A stretch of DNA of 33,012 nucleotides, from contig NW_014039774.1 in assembly GCF_001186125.1 (NCBI RefSeq), forward strand, positions 10,117-43,128. Direction: 5' to 3'. Positions within the stretch are counted from its first letter, which is position 1, and each line of letters opens with the position of its first letter. A program made the translations under genes and the position numbers. This DNA comes from Sphaeroforma arctica JP610 (Eukaryota). Below are positions 1-13,095 of the stretch, in pieces. The notes below the pieces were generated by a model that worked only from the letters and a program-made list of their open reading frames with translations, had not been told where the DNA came from and made no database searches.

Positions 1-318
1 TATATATATAACACAAGTAAATCCAATGGTGTCTTCGGAGTATTATTCTTTCTTTTAAAAACACACACACACACTCAAAGGCAAGCATGAATGTTCTGCA
101 TCGATATCTTCGAAAGCCTAGTGATTCTTGGGTATCTCCAGTACGCAATAAGTATTTTCGCACTTTGAAGTACTACGCTGGTTATCTAGCTTGGCTACAT
201 CTGCACGTGCCATCATAAACCTCGCTATCATGTCCTTATACATAAACATATGAATACTTTATATGTATCAATTCTTCTGAAATGTCAATTCTAACTCAAT
301 TTTGCCATCCTTGTGCAG

Positions 319-3300
319 ATTCGAATCTACGCATTCCCCACTGGACGTTTACGGGTGATACCATGGTAACCAAAGAGAAGATACGTCTGACCAAAGATGC
401 GCCCAGTAAAAGTGGCATGCTATGGAATACAGCGGGGCTCGAGAGTGCGAACTGGATTATTGAGTAAGTTTTAGATGATTGTGCTGTTCCAACTGTACGA
501 ATGCGTATCGCTGTGTGTTGTGACCGAGGCGTGAACGCGGTTGGTTTGTGATGTACTGATGAACCGTGTGATCTATGAGTTTTCAGCAATCGGCGTGCAT
601 TGTGCAACTGTGGGGTTTCGAGCATATTCTATTTGTGTGTTTGTTTGATTGGGGTACTTCGGATGTGTAGGGTCTGTCCTGGCAAGAATATGTTCATGTC
701 TAACTATTAAGTACATAGATATCACCAATTAATCAGCATGTATGTAGATGTATAGTACGTATGCATGTGTTCGTAGAGTTATTTTTTTCAGTGAAGCGTA
801 ACATATACTATGTATTATACATAGCAAATCTGCCTCGGGTATGGTCAATGCCTATCTCATATAGTTGTAATTAGACCCAGGACTACTGCAAATACCGCAT
901 GGCTTTTCATAAACTGAGACCCCAGCGTGTATATAATACAGTACAACCCTTCTCATAGTGTGACGCCTCCATGTTGTTCATCATTCATCATCATGACACT
1001 ATTCGAGACGAGCAATGTAGGAGAATCATATATTGAATCATGTTGGGCTCAATCCGATAAAACATTCAACTTCTGGCTTTTTTCCTTTACTGATCCGCTT
1101 TCGTTTATCTTGTGATACACCATCCCGCCAATTAAAACCTAATCTTCAAATAGATTCGAGTTCGCGGTGGACGGAGAATCGAGTCGTCTGTACGGAGATG
1201 GCTTTGTGTTTTGGCTCACAAAGGATTTTGCCAAAGAAGGCAATGTTTTTGGGGCGGCAGATAAGTTCACTGGACTGGCCATTTTCTTCGACACATACAA
1301 CAACCACCAAGGAGAACACAACGTATGTGGGGTTTAGTATTGTGGTTGCTATGTGCGGCTTGACACCAGTATACATTCGATGTGATGAATCTATAGTAGT
1401 ATTATGAGTATTTGTGATGTGAGTTTGGTAAGTATAGTACTTTTGCACGGTTCATTTCCTACGCCGTAGTAACACCATGAAGAACACAAAGCATGTGTAT
1501 GCGTTTGGAGTATGGTGGTTACTGTGCTCGGCCTGGCACCCTTGCAATGAATCTGTAGTAGTGATGCGATGAATTTTTTGGGGTGTGAGATTGACTGGAT
1601 TGACTGGTATGGTGCGTTGTTACGGTTCGTGTTCGTCACCGACCAAAGCTACCAGTAGAATACAAAATCTTTGTACCTTTTGAGAATGTTATTTACTATG
1701 CGCGCTGTGACCTCACGAGACACTTGTGACGAGTTGTCGCAATTTTGGTGGTGATGAGAATATTTATGATGCGACTTTGTCGGATGAGAGCGACCACCAA
1801 GGAGAGCACAGTATGCATCCTGCTGAATATATCATTCACTGTGGTGTGTGCTTAGAGTTTAGGAGATCATTGTAGTGGATAATGCAGTATATGCGATGCG
1901 GCTTTAGATGATCCGATTGCTGAGTATGGTTGCTTAGTTCGGGCTATGTTGGGTATTGTGGGTGCATTCGCTTGTAGTCGTGTCTTTTGGGTGTAATGTG
2001 AGCGAGAGTTAGTTTTCCGTCGAGGCCACGGCGCTTAGTGCAGCAAACAAGCAAGCCTACCTGCACTTGAATGACATGCGCTAGTATTGGCATCTTGCAC
2101 GCTTGTCAGCAGAAGCTAGATGTTCGTTTGAGCGTCTGTCATGGATATATGGATGCATTTTATTCATACGAATAAAACACTCACAACTATAGCCCGTCAC
2201 GTATAATATAAGCCTCGGTACAGCTACTATGTTAATGTATCACTCACGTTGAGCGCCGGACGTCAGGCTCAATAAATTATACGTGCGTGCTAAACTTTAT
2301 CCTGTGTATTCCCAATTGTTCTATTTTTAGCACGCGCATCCATACATTAGCGCCATGATGAACGACGGTTCCAAATCATACGACCACGATGCTGATGGCA
2401 CGCACACAGAAATGGCAGGATGCCAAGCCAATTTCCGGGCCAAAAAGCACCCCACAAGGGCACGCCTGTCCTATTTGGATCACACATTGTCTCTGGATTT
2501 GGATTACTTAGGCCGAAATGAATACCAGAGATGTTTCAGCGAACCTCAAGTGCAGATACCTACCGGATACCATATCGGGTTCAGTGCGGTCACAGGTGCA
2601 TTGCACGGTATGTGTACCCCTATGTATATGTATATGTATCTGAATATCATACATGTATGTATTGTGTATGTCTCATGGGTATGCTCAGCGAACCTGATCA
2701 ACAGACACCTGCCGAATATCTATCGAGTTAAGTGCGATCACGGGTACTTTGCACGGCCAGTGTACCCCTTTGTATATGTGTGTGTATCTGAATATCATAC
2801 ATGTCTACCTTATATATGTCTCGTCGGGTTTATCGAGGCGTAAGTTGTCCCCATCAGGCAAGCACGTACTATAGCCCTCCCTTCCCCTCTTGGAGGTCAC
2901 TCAGTACTTGTTCTCATCAGGCTCGCACGTACTATAAGTTGTGCTTAGACTGGACTGCCGGGGCCGAGATGTATACCAAAAATATGCTGGCGAACCCAAC
3001 CCAATATTTAGATACGTACCGTATACTATGTGTGAATGCATCTGAAGTATTATATGTATTGGTATTATTGTTATAAAGTTTTAAAACTTAAGAGTTTAGG
3101 GGTTTGGGTTTTTTAGGTATCTAAACTCAGACAAAGAGCAGCAGACTCATTGCGCACACCCGCAGGTACGTTGTATATATCCCGATTAGTCACCAGGGCA
3201 GATCTGCTCCCTCTTACGCGCTCCTTTCGATACCATACAACAGCTCATTACAATGCACGTTGGCAATCACATATGTGCTTCTGATACAAACTCAATCCGT

Positions 3301-5203
3301 ATGTCAATATTCTCCGCTCGCATCTGTATTTTATGGTTTGTGCAAGGTTCGATGCTCAATTGCTGATAATTGCATCTATGTTGCCGTTCTGACTGTTGTT
3401 CCAACTTTTATGTGGTTAACTCCAGCTCTAATACTGGCAGACAATTTACGGTATCACAGACGTTATGACCAGGAGCGTATCAGTCCATTGTGCGAGTGTT
3501 CGGTACTTTTCTAATGTATGTTTCCCATTGCTATATCCATCTTGACAGATAACCACGATATCTTGAGCGTTATAACAAAGATCATATCAGTCACCAACCC
3601 CCCCCGACAAGATGATATTGCGGACAGACACAATGTGAAGCCAGCAACCGCTCGAACAATCGAAGATAGACGTAAGTTACTATAGGCATGCATGTGTTGG
3701 TAGGGGTATCTGTATATATGCGATATGAGTTTTTTTGTGCTTGTTTGTGTGGTTATGTGTGTATACAGGTATTTGTGTATCTATGTGGGAGGTGTGTACG
3801 TAGTTATTGCATACATATCTTGTCTACGTGTGTATATCGCATATATAAAGGGGACATTGTTGCAGGCAGACACAATGTGAGGCCAGCGACAGCTCCCACA
3901 ATCAAGGATATACGTATATTACTATATGCGTGGCGTGTGTGGGTCAGGGTATAAATGCATATTCTTGCATATACTATATAATCAGCTTATAATCAGTATT
4001 TGTGCATTATTCATGAATTACTATACTATCAGCATATGATCAGTATATGTATATCTGATATATGTATATTCATATGAATATCGTGTGTTTTTGCGTGTGG
4101 CAAAGTGTATATACATGTATGAGTGTATCTAGTTGTTTGCGTCTAGGGATGCAAATGAATGCATATATAATGTAAGCGTGCATATTTCGTACCAGAAAAA
4201 GGACACTGTTGAGGACAGGCACAATGTGAAGCCAGCGACGGCCCGCACACAAACAATGACAGATATCAGTTACAATGAGTACATGTGCATGTTTATATAT
4301 GTGCTTGTTTGCGCGTGGAGTAGTGTTTATCGAACGATATATATATATATATATACATGTACACACACACATACACATACAAACACATCCATATACAAAC
4401 ATACATACTTACATATATTAATATAAATATATTANNNNNNNNNNNNNNNNNNNNTACGTACTTATCAATGTATCAAACTATACTTGTATTTCCTTTATAT
4501 TTAAGCCGGCATGGTATTGACTGCCACCTGCGTTAGTATATATATAATACATTTTTACAACAGCTCTGACTCGTTTTTTCAGAGTGCTGTGAGGTATCTC
4601 AAGCTAAAGCCCCTGCCATCACTCTATTTGATTTGTTGTACTCAATTCCCGATTTCCGACACAAATACTTCGATTTTGTTTTTTTTACACACTGCAGCTC
4701 ATGTCGCGTCCAAACCCGTGCAGTCCACTACCAGCAAGGTCATGTGGACAGGATTCGAGGTGGGTCTCTTTGTGCAGATTGGGGCTGTGATCAAATATTT
4801 AATGTATAAGGTGAATGCTGTGTGTATGATACATGCCCTGTCGCTTGGCGGATTGATGTTATTCACTATACATTGCACCCGTGAATACAACTAATCCCGA
4901 ATGCTATAGTATTTAACACGCGTATGCTTTCCATCGATATATCTATAGACTGTACATCTACTATGGGCAATTTCGCTCTTGTCCCGATTTATTCTTGTTC
5001 TGATTAAGGGTTGCTTACGAAATGCGAACTATCGGCCTAAACAGACTGCGTCACTGCGAACCTACTAACGGTATACATGCGACTGTCTCGATTTGTTCTG
5101 TTTTTAGATCGTGTTTATTCTGGTCATCGGCTTGAGCGTTTTGGGCGGACTCATCTACTACGCGAGAATGAAGAACAATGAGAAGATGATGAAGCGCTTC
5201 TGA
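319..5203 (+). CDS. LMAN2: VIP36/LMAN2-like legume-type (L-type) lectin, type I membrane cargo receptor; 5' exon(s) with the signal peptide not identified, probably upstream of the window
   Basis: Phase-consistent GT-AG exons: 319-463, 1154-1322, 2331-2607, 3549-3671, 4698-4759, 5108-5203 (TGA). The joined protein has L-lectin motifs (PHWTFTGDT..IRLT..SKSGMLWN, LYGDGFVFWLT, GLAIFFDTYNN, HPYISAMMNDGSKSYDHDADG..AGC, TGYHIGFSAVTGALHDNHDILS), a TM helix (IVFILVIGLSVLGGLIYY) and a short tail ending KRF, like the VIP36/VIPL KRFY tail. LMAN2 versus LMAN2L cannot be resolved. Confidence 0.9.
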
Positions 5204-6531
5204 AGAGATGCTACCAAATATTAAATAAACACACTTTATACATGTATTTTATCGTATTAGGGTATTATTCACATAGAGAGATTGGGGGATCATACTAGTA
5301 ATGGCAGCAGATGGAAGCAACCTGTATTCGAGCGTGGTAGGGTGGTATAGTGAGAATATTGCGGAGTGCCCTTGATTAGTATGAACACCTCTTAAGTTCG
5401 AGCCTGACATTGCGTTGGCTACGATATGAAGCGGTTCTCACGATAAGCGCGGGGAAGGGCGTTACAACATGACTCTGGGAGGAATTCACCAAATCTTGTA
5501 TTGCAAATCTTCTTTTATTCACGCATTCGAGTGTGATATGAGATCACATAATATCTGGAGGGATCTTCCTAAAATCGAATATGAGAAGTTTGGTTTAAAA
5601 TTGGAATGTGCTAAATAATGAGATGCAATAGGACGACTCTCGATGGGGGCCAATAATTTTTGGATGTAGCGATCGTAACCAATTTTGTCACGTTTTAGGT
5701 ACTGATATGCGGGCGGATTCTGAAGTGCCCCAGCAAACATTTTATTAACGTGGTTCTATCATTTTTGGGCCTTTTTGGAGGGGTTGTTTATAGGCAGACG
5801 GCTGGGGCCTTGCGTTGTTGCCATTAAGATATCTAATGCAGGCGTGTGTGTTTTTGAATCTGCACAGAAACAGTAGTGCTTATTGGCAACTTAGTCAGAG
5901 GCAGTTGTGGATGATAACGGTATTTTATTTCAAATAACTTTGTATTCCATTTCGTTACAGGTTGGTTCTATCGATCACTCAATTGTTCAAGAAGCACGCA
6001 CTACATGGTACACACGCCTAGTGTATTACAGCAGAGTAAATTCTATACAATCTGAGTAATGTGTGAGTAAAAACGAAACAGCAAATCACAGAGTACAGAC
6101 ATTCTTAGTTCATACTTTTTTTCCTGGAAGAAACAGTACTATTCGCATACCTGTAGGACTACCGAGTTCAAATAAGCAAGATAACAGCGAGATAGAACAC
6201 ACTTTGTCTCCACGTGCGAGTCTTTCAGCGGCCGGAGGTGCCGTATTACAGTCTGGCCAATCCAGATATGCATATATACGCTAGTTCCTACTCTAGGTGA
6301 TCGAGGCCTTCATAGCATAGTTTAAATGCGAGCGACATTGCGAATTTGGCCTATCCTTAAGCTATATGCTGCAAGGGGACGGGGTACAATCTTAGAAAGT
6401 CAAGCCGAGTGCGAGATGTGGGCAGGAGACACCTATCCATGCCTACATGACAAACCGGCAAAAAAAAAAGTGTCAGCCGCTGTTTCCGGAAAGGGATCGC
6501 TCGACAAGGCGGTCTCAGGCGGATACCAGGC

Positions 6532-7884
6532 ATGAAGTACGGTCACGTGCCATCCACATTAGAGCTACCTAACAAGCCTTTAATTACAGCCATAGTATCA
6601 TACCTTGAAGTGTCCGAGGTAAATGCATTGTCACAGACATGTACAGTCCTGCGCAGAATAACGAGAGACCCTGATATACGCGCCAGAGCGATAGTGAACA
6701 GTGTGGGCGCTTATTTGTCACAAGAAGACGAAGAGGAGGCAACGACCACAGCCACTATAAGCTACAGCGGGATGATCACACGTACTGTTTTGCAGGCGTA
6801 TACCTGGGGTGGGTTCGAGATGACAACAGACATACTGTCACAGATACACGGCGCGGACGCGTACTGTGTTGGACTGGTCACGGCTTGTGAGAAGGGGTGG
6901 ATCGATGTGGTGCGGTGGTTGCTGCCGTATGTTGTAGGTTACAACAAACCGTATGCGGAAAGCAACGTATTTTATCTGCACAGTGCGCTGGAGGTGCCAT
7001 TGTGGGACACCACTGGAATATAGCCCTGGAGTTGCTCAAGACGGGCTATGTTCATCCTTCATTCAATGACAACAAGGCTGTATTCATAGCCTGTGACCAA
7101 GGTAGCGTAGCGGCCGCGTGGCGTTGTGATGTAATATCGTTAGTGTAAGCTGCTCTGAACTACTGAGTACGATCTTAGAAAACAATGGTCTAGGCTGGGC
7201 TTATAATCTTCTAAAATGAATGTGTACATACTTGAGTCGAAAGTGAATACGCTCGTATCGATTGTGATATCTCCCTGTATGCGTCATGCCATCCACCTAC
7301 TATGTGGCTACCTATCACATACCAAACAGACCAACAACAAAAGGGCTCATTAGATTTTTTTGATCCATACATAAGTCATGCGGTCATACTGTAGCTGATA
7401 CCATTGCATCATACATTTTTTCTAATATACTTACCTGGGTCATGTGGATATGCTCCAGCTGCTTATGGTGCACCCCTGTGTGGATCCGTCCGCCTGTGAC
7501 AACTTGGCCATAACAATAGCCAGCACACGCGGCTATTTGCCCATCGTCATGGAACTCCTCACAGACAAGCGTGTCGATGCATCGACCCAGTCCAGCTACA
7601 GTCTCCGCGAAGCGCGTAAGAATGGGCACACACAGGTAGTAGAGTACTTGCTGAAGCTTCCGGATGTAGACCCCACTGTGCACAACAATATATGTGTGCG
7701 TAGTGCGTGCAAGTACAACCACATTGAAGTGGTCAAGCTGCTTCTAAAGGATCCACGGGTGGATCCGTCGGCGTGCTATAACGAGGCCATAGTATCCGCA
7801 CAGGATGGAGGGCACGAGGCTGTGATAAGGGTGCTACTTGAGGATCTGCGTGTGAATAAATCGGGCCTGAGTATTGATTTCTGA
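6532..7884 (+). pseudogene. F-box-like plus ankyrin-repeat protein gene, disrupted (frameshift and non-AG acceptor)
   Basis: The N-terminus LELPNKPLITAIVSYLEVSEVNALSQTCTVLRRI resembles an F-box. Ankyrin repeats follow (ACEKGWIDVVRWLL; VDPSACDNLAITIASTRGYLPIVMELL; VDPTVHNNICVRSACKYNHIEVVKLLLKDPRVDPS). One base is missing near 6994-6997 (GAG GTG CCA TT, where HSALEV-AIVGHHWNIALELL needs GTG GCC ATT). The inferred intron 7102-7438 ends in TGG instead of YAG. Sequencing or assembly error is not excluded. Confidence 0.7.
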
Positions 7885-8396
7885 TATGTACTGTACCAAA
7901 GGGTAGTCTGCGACATAGATGTAAGCTCCATTAGCGTAGGCGGCATGTTATATGATAGGAGGCTACTGTGCAATCATACGACGGAGGACACGAATATGTG
8001 TAGGTTCGATGACCTCAAATGAAGGTGCGAGAAAGAACCCTAAAGGAAGTCAAGAATCACTCACATATCACAAACAAAAGACTGATTTTATTTAATTGAT
8101 TATTAAAGCAATTTACTTAAAAAAATTCACACTCCATGTATAGATGCTGGTTCGTGCTGTTTTTCTGAGATGCTGTTTTGAGTCTTGCAGAAAAATTGCC
8201 AATATGAATATATGGCCCGTGCAGTTACTTGTGACCCGTGTGATACCAAAGCGTATTTTGTGGATCCCAGCCAAAAAAATTGTGAGTATATCTGCGTGGA
8301 AGTGAATACAAAACTTGAATAAAGTTGGTCGTGCTACAAATATCAATAACACAGTACTATTTTCGCCTGTCTATTTATGTGCCAGTTGTACTGCTA

Positions 8397-8525
8397 ACTA
8401 CATAGTAGCCTGGTACCACTACATAGTAGTATAGTACTTCTACATACAAGTATAGTTCACTACATAGTAGTATAAATCCACTCTACATAGTAGTATAGTA
8501 CTACTATATAGCAGCATCGTACTAA
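8397..8525. repeat. Degenerate short tandem repeat (about 21-bp unit, core ctacatagtagtatagtac)
   Basis: Several imperfect copies of ctacatagtagtata(g/a) visible in tandem in intergenic DNA. Confidence 0.6.
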
Positions 8526-9146
8526 TACAAGCCTTTGCTAGCATACTACGTAAATAACTAAATATGTAGCTACTATTCTTTTTTAACAAATATAAATAAG
8601 GCTACCACATCAATATCACACATATACAATTCTACAAATGTAACCAAATTTTTTTCTCGAACAAACCTTATAAATTAATGAGGGACGAGAGAGACGAATT
8701 TAGCTCAATAGCTCATCAGCTATTTTTATATATATAGAAAAACAAAGTATAATATATGTAACATATAATACGGCAGCCAGGCAGCGATCTTGCTCAGCCC
8801 GCCTAAAAAAAGTTGACAGACAAGAATCTAAAAATAGAATGGCAGCCTGGTAACTCCGGCTAAATTATTTCATTTCCTAATTTGGCACCCGACTACTCTT
8901 TAGGTGTGGTCCAATTACCAATATTCCAATTTAGCATTCGTCTTTGGGAAATTGGTACACAGTTAAAGTGGGCTCATATTTGGTTACACAGTGCACACGC
9001 ACGAATCGAACACATTTAGGCTGGTGGAATTGGGTTGAAGGTGTGTATACGTATGTATATATATATATATATATATATACATTCTGTATCTCGTAAGTGA
9101 AAGGAATACAGCTTGCACGCGCGCATTCATCCGTATAATATTACAG

Positions 9147-9174
9147 CTACTGCCTTAGCACGTAGACTAAGCAG
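9147..9174 (+). other. Candidate 5'-UTR micro-exon of DLAT
   Basis: 28 nt bounded by ttacag| and |gtatgc. An acceptor tctccag| at 10387 lies 14 nt before the DLAT ATG, implying an upstream UTR intron. No transcript evidence. Confidence 0.3.
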
Positions 9175-9479
9175 GTATGCCACATGTATACAAGAATAGC
9201 GAGTATGTACTGTATCGTACAGCGTGTGAGATCATGCATATATTCCACCCCTTCTTATACAGCATGCTTGTCAGTTTGATAGTTTGTGCAAAAGCTGCGA
9301 TGTGATGCTTCATATTAAAGACGCGGAGTTTATCATCGCAATTACAGCGTACCTGTTGAACAATGTTACCTGTTTAACAAAGTCAAGTATATGCAGTGGC
9401 AATATAGTGTTTTTAGGTGGTATGGACTCTATAGATACGACTAGTAGAAGCGTGGGTGCATGTATGTTTGTTGGTATGT

Positions 9480-10095
9480 ATACACACTCACGCGCGCACA
9501 CACACATATATACACAAATACACACATATACGCACACAAAAACACAGAGGTACACACACAGAGATACACGCACTTATATATACACGTACACACACATATA
9601 TATATATACACGTACACGCACATACACCCACACACACAAATAAACAGATACACGTATACACACATACATACATACATATGTATATACATACCCGCATGCG
9701 TGCGTGTGTGTATGTATGCATACATAAATACACACACACACATACATACATACATACATGCATACGTACATACATACATTCATATATACATACATACATA
9801 CATACATACGTGCACACATACACAACATACATAACAAACGCACACACATGTACACACACACACACACACTTATATGTATATACGCACACACACACGCACA
9901 CACACACACGTATATATATATCACACACACACGTATATATATATATATATATACAAGATATATATTCATATACGTATACATACACTCGCACACACACATA
10001 CATGTATATGAATTCATATACATATATATATATATATATATATCTATATATACAGGTATATATATATATATATATATATGCATGTATATGTATAT

Positions 10096-10128
<33 letters not shown>

Positions 10129-10265
10129 CACATACACATACACNNNNNNNNNNNNNNNNNNNNTATATATATAACGTACAATACGTACACTACACAACAC
10201 ACACACACACACACACTTATATATATATATATATATATAATCGCATACACACACTCACACACACA
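9480..10265. repeat. Compound (CA)n/(TA)n/(TACA)n microsatellite region with a 20-N gap
   Basis: Directly visible low-complexity dinucleotide and tetranucleotide repeats; gap at 10144-10163. Source of the spurious [12 protein letters not shown] ORFs. Confidence 0.9.
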
Positions 10266-10401
10266 GGCAGTCAGTATACGCCAGTGTGCAAGCACACCCA
10301 CTTCCGCATCCGAACCCTCGTATCCCCAGGAATGCATACAATCATGCCTGAATACCAATCGTTGCTTTCCAATCCACATATCTCCAGGAACATATACAAT
10401 C

Positions 10402-13064
10402 ATGCTGAGCGCAACTTCAGCATTGCGCAGTGCATGCGCACTTGCAGCCCGATCGAGGTTTCACGTAGCAGCCGGTGCTGCTACAAGCACAAGAGCGGCA
10501 ACCCTGTTTAGACAATGGAGGGGGTACCGTTCAACGTCTGTGCTATTAGGTACGTTGTTGTAAATGTGGTTGTATGTATGTGCAGCCCTTCCTTCTTCCT
10601 ATTATTCTATGTATAGTTATAATGTATATCTTAGGTACGTAACTCTGTTTGCAAAGGCTTATCTAGAAAATTACATGTCTCGTGAGTCTCTAGGGTCATG
10701 TTTATACACATCCCATCCCATCTTTATAGATATTATTATGGCGAGGTAGTAAAGTTCTCGGAATAGACTGGACCAATAGCTGAGTACATTCAAATATGTT
10801 CCTTTGTTAACGCTAACGTTCAATCCAGATCGTTCTGTCTCGTCATACACTATATATTGTGTTTGCATTGTATTTGTATTGCGTTCATATATCACGTTTT
10901 GTATTGTACTTAACTGTGTATCTGCAATGTAATTATTTCTCGGTTGATATTGTATTCCCATTCATTGCATCTGTGTCGCTTTATGTTCTATTATGACTTG
11001 ATTTATATTGAGTTACTTTGTATGTACAATGTTACTGTCGACTTATATTTTATTTGCATTGTATATACATTGCATTTATGTCTCGATTTATATTGTATTT
11101 GTATTGTATTTATAATAGATTTGTATTGTATTTCTATTTTAGATTTACATTGTATTTCTATTGTTTTTATATATCTCAATTTGTATTGTATCTACAGATT
11201 ATCCCACACACACCAAGATCACAATGCCCGCGCTATCGCCCACGATGGAACAAGGGAACCTAGCCAGCTGGAGTGTGGAGGTCGGCGGAGAGGTGTGTGT
11301 CTTATTCCATCACGAGTATTATTCTGTCACAAGGCTTGTTTCGTCACACATTTGTACGTGTGGATAGGTCTATGTGTGTGAGTGTGTACTGAATGCTTTT
11401 CGTTAGCTAGAATGTGGAGATCGGTGGTGAAGCGTGTGTCCTGTCCGTTCCTCACGGGTCTTGCATGGTTCGTGCGTACGTCTCTGCTGGGTTGTCTTGT
11501 CTCCGCCATACGTCTTTCTTATCCCACATTGCTTTCATTCGGTTAGCGGTTGTATATAGTCTGCGCGTACGTGCGTGTGTGCGTGCTCGTACGCATGTAT
11601 TTGAGCAGGTATACATGCCGCGTGTACGCATCTGAATACAGTATATACGGATTCATACTGTGCACGTGTGCGATATACGTTTTGTTATTCTCGGACATTA
11701 AGCCCACGATGCTTGGCTTCTATTCAACGGCTGATGTGCTTGCAAGCATCAGTAATAACGTATATTTGTAGTCAGTTCTGGGTATGTAGGTATATATATC
11801 GAAGCGTATGCGTTTATGAAAGTATGCGTGTATATACATGCCAGTATATACAGTGTACAAGTATCGGCTATACCATACCTTAAGAGTTATATAGTTTAAG
11901 TATCATACTCATCACGCGTACCTCTAACGTACCGCGGGAGTGCTCGTTGTCGAGGCAGAGAGAGTAGCCCGTATGCGGGAGTGGTTTGAGTTACACACAC
12001 AATTTTGTATGTGCACGTGGACTTGCATATGTGTACATGAACAGAATGTGTAGTATACCTTGTATGTATGTAAATGTCGTATATTTTGTCTCGCCCAGAG
12101 GAAGCAATTTTCCGGAGTGTACATACGTACATGCGCATGTAGATATGAACTCACACACACATATATATAGATATGTCTAAAGCTTATTCAGTGTCTCGTT
12201 TCGAAGATTTGAATACCTTGTACTCCTCCCCTTTACCAGATCGCCGCAGGTGATGTTCTTGCAGAAATTGAAACAGACAAAGCAACTATGGAATTCGAAT
12301 GCAACGAAGACGGTTATCTTGCGAAAACCTTCATTAATGCTGGGGAAAAGGACGTTCCCGTAGGAAAGGTACGTACAAATGGTTTTATAGTATGTGTCTC
12401 CTTCGTCGTGATACACTCACAAACACTCGCACATGTATACATATATAGGTATAGTAAAAATGTGATGAAATATACCCGTGGACAGCACGTGTTAATATCT
12501 ACTATCCCCATGAACCACCGCAGTTGATTGCCATCCTTGTACCCGAGGAGGGTGATGTGGCTGCGTTCGCTGACTACGAAGACGATGGCTCTGGTGCAGA
12601 AGCTGCTGGTGGTGCCGCTAAGACTGAGGAGGCCGAACTACCGAAGACCGAGAAGAAGCCCCCACCCCCTGCACCCGCCGCACCCACTGTTCCCGCTAAA
12701 GACCCTCAACCAGTAAGTATATATATCTTTAAATCTCTATATTTATCTATCTATCTACCTTCGTACCTATCTACCTACCTACCTCGCTAAGATTTGTCTT
12801 TGTATATTTGCATAAATATATGCATGCGTATACATATACATAGGCTTAGAAAAAACATAGACAGACACAGTCACGACATGTACCTATTCATATGTATATT
12901 TATACATACCTATACATGTACAGACATGCATATACAAATAAATACATATAATTTTACAATTACATATACATACATATACATATACGTTCATTCTATAATA
13001 AACATACAAATACATATGCATACATCATAATAGACATACATACATGTATGTATATTTGTGTAAT

Positions 13065-13095
<31 letters not shown>

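Noticed and set aside
1751..1826. Possible box C/D snoRNA (GTGATGA ... CTGA) in an LMAN2 intron
   Set aside because: No terminal stem or recognisable rRNA guide, and part of the interior is explained by an exon echo. An Infernal/snoscan search would be needed.
5519..5740. 73-aa minus-strand ORF between LMAN2 and the ankyrin gene, possibly a decayed element
   Set aside because: No recognisable domain, terminal repeats or splice structure.
9284..10511. Long ORFs (up to 351 aa) rich in HT/YI/CV dipeptides
   Set aside because: Translations of (CA)n/(TA)n microsatellites spanning an N-gap. Only the part from 10402 in the DLAT frame is coding.
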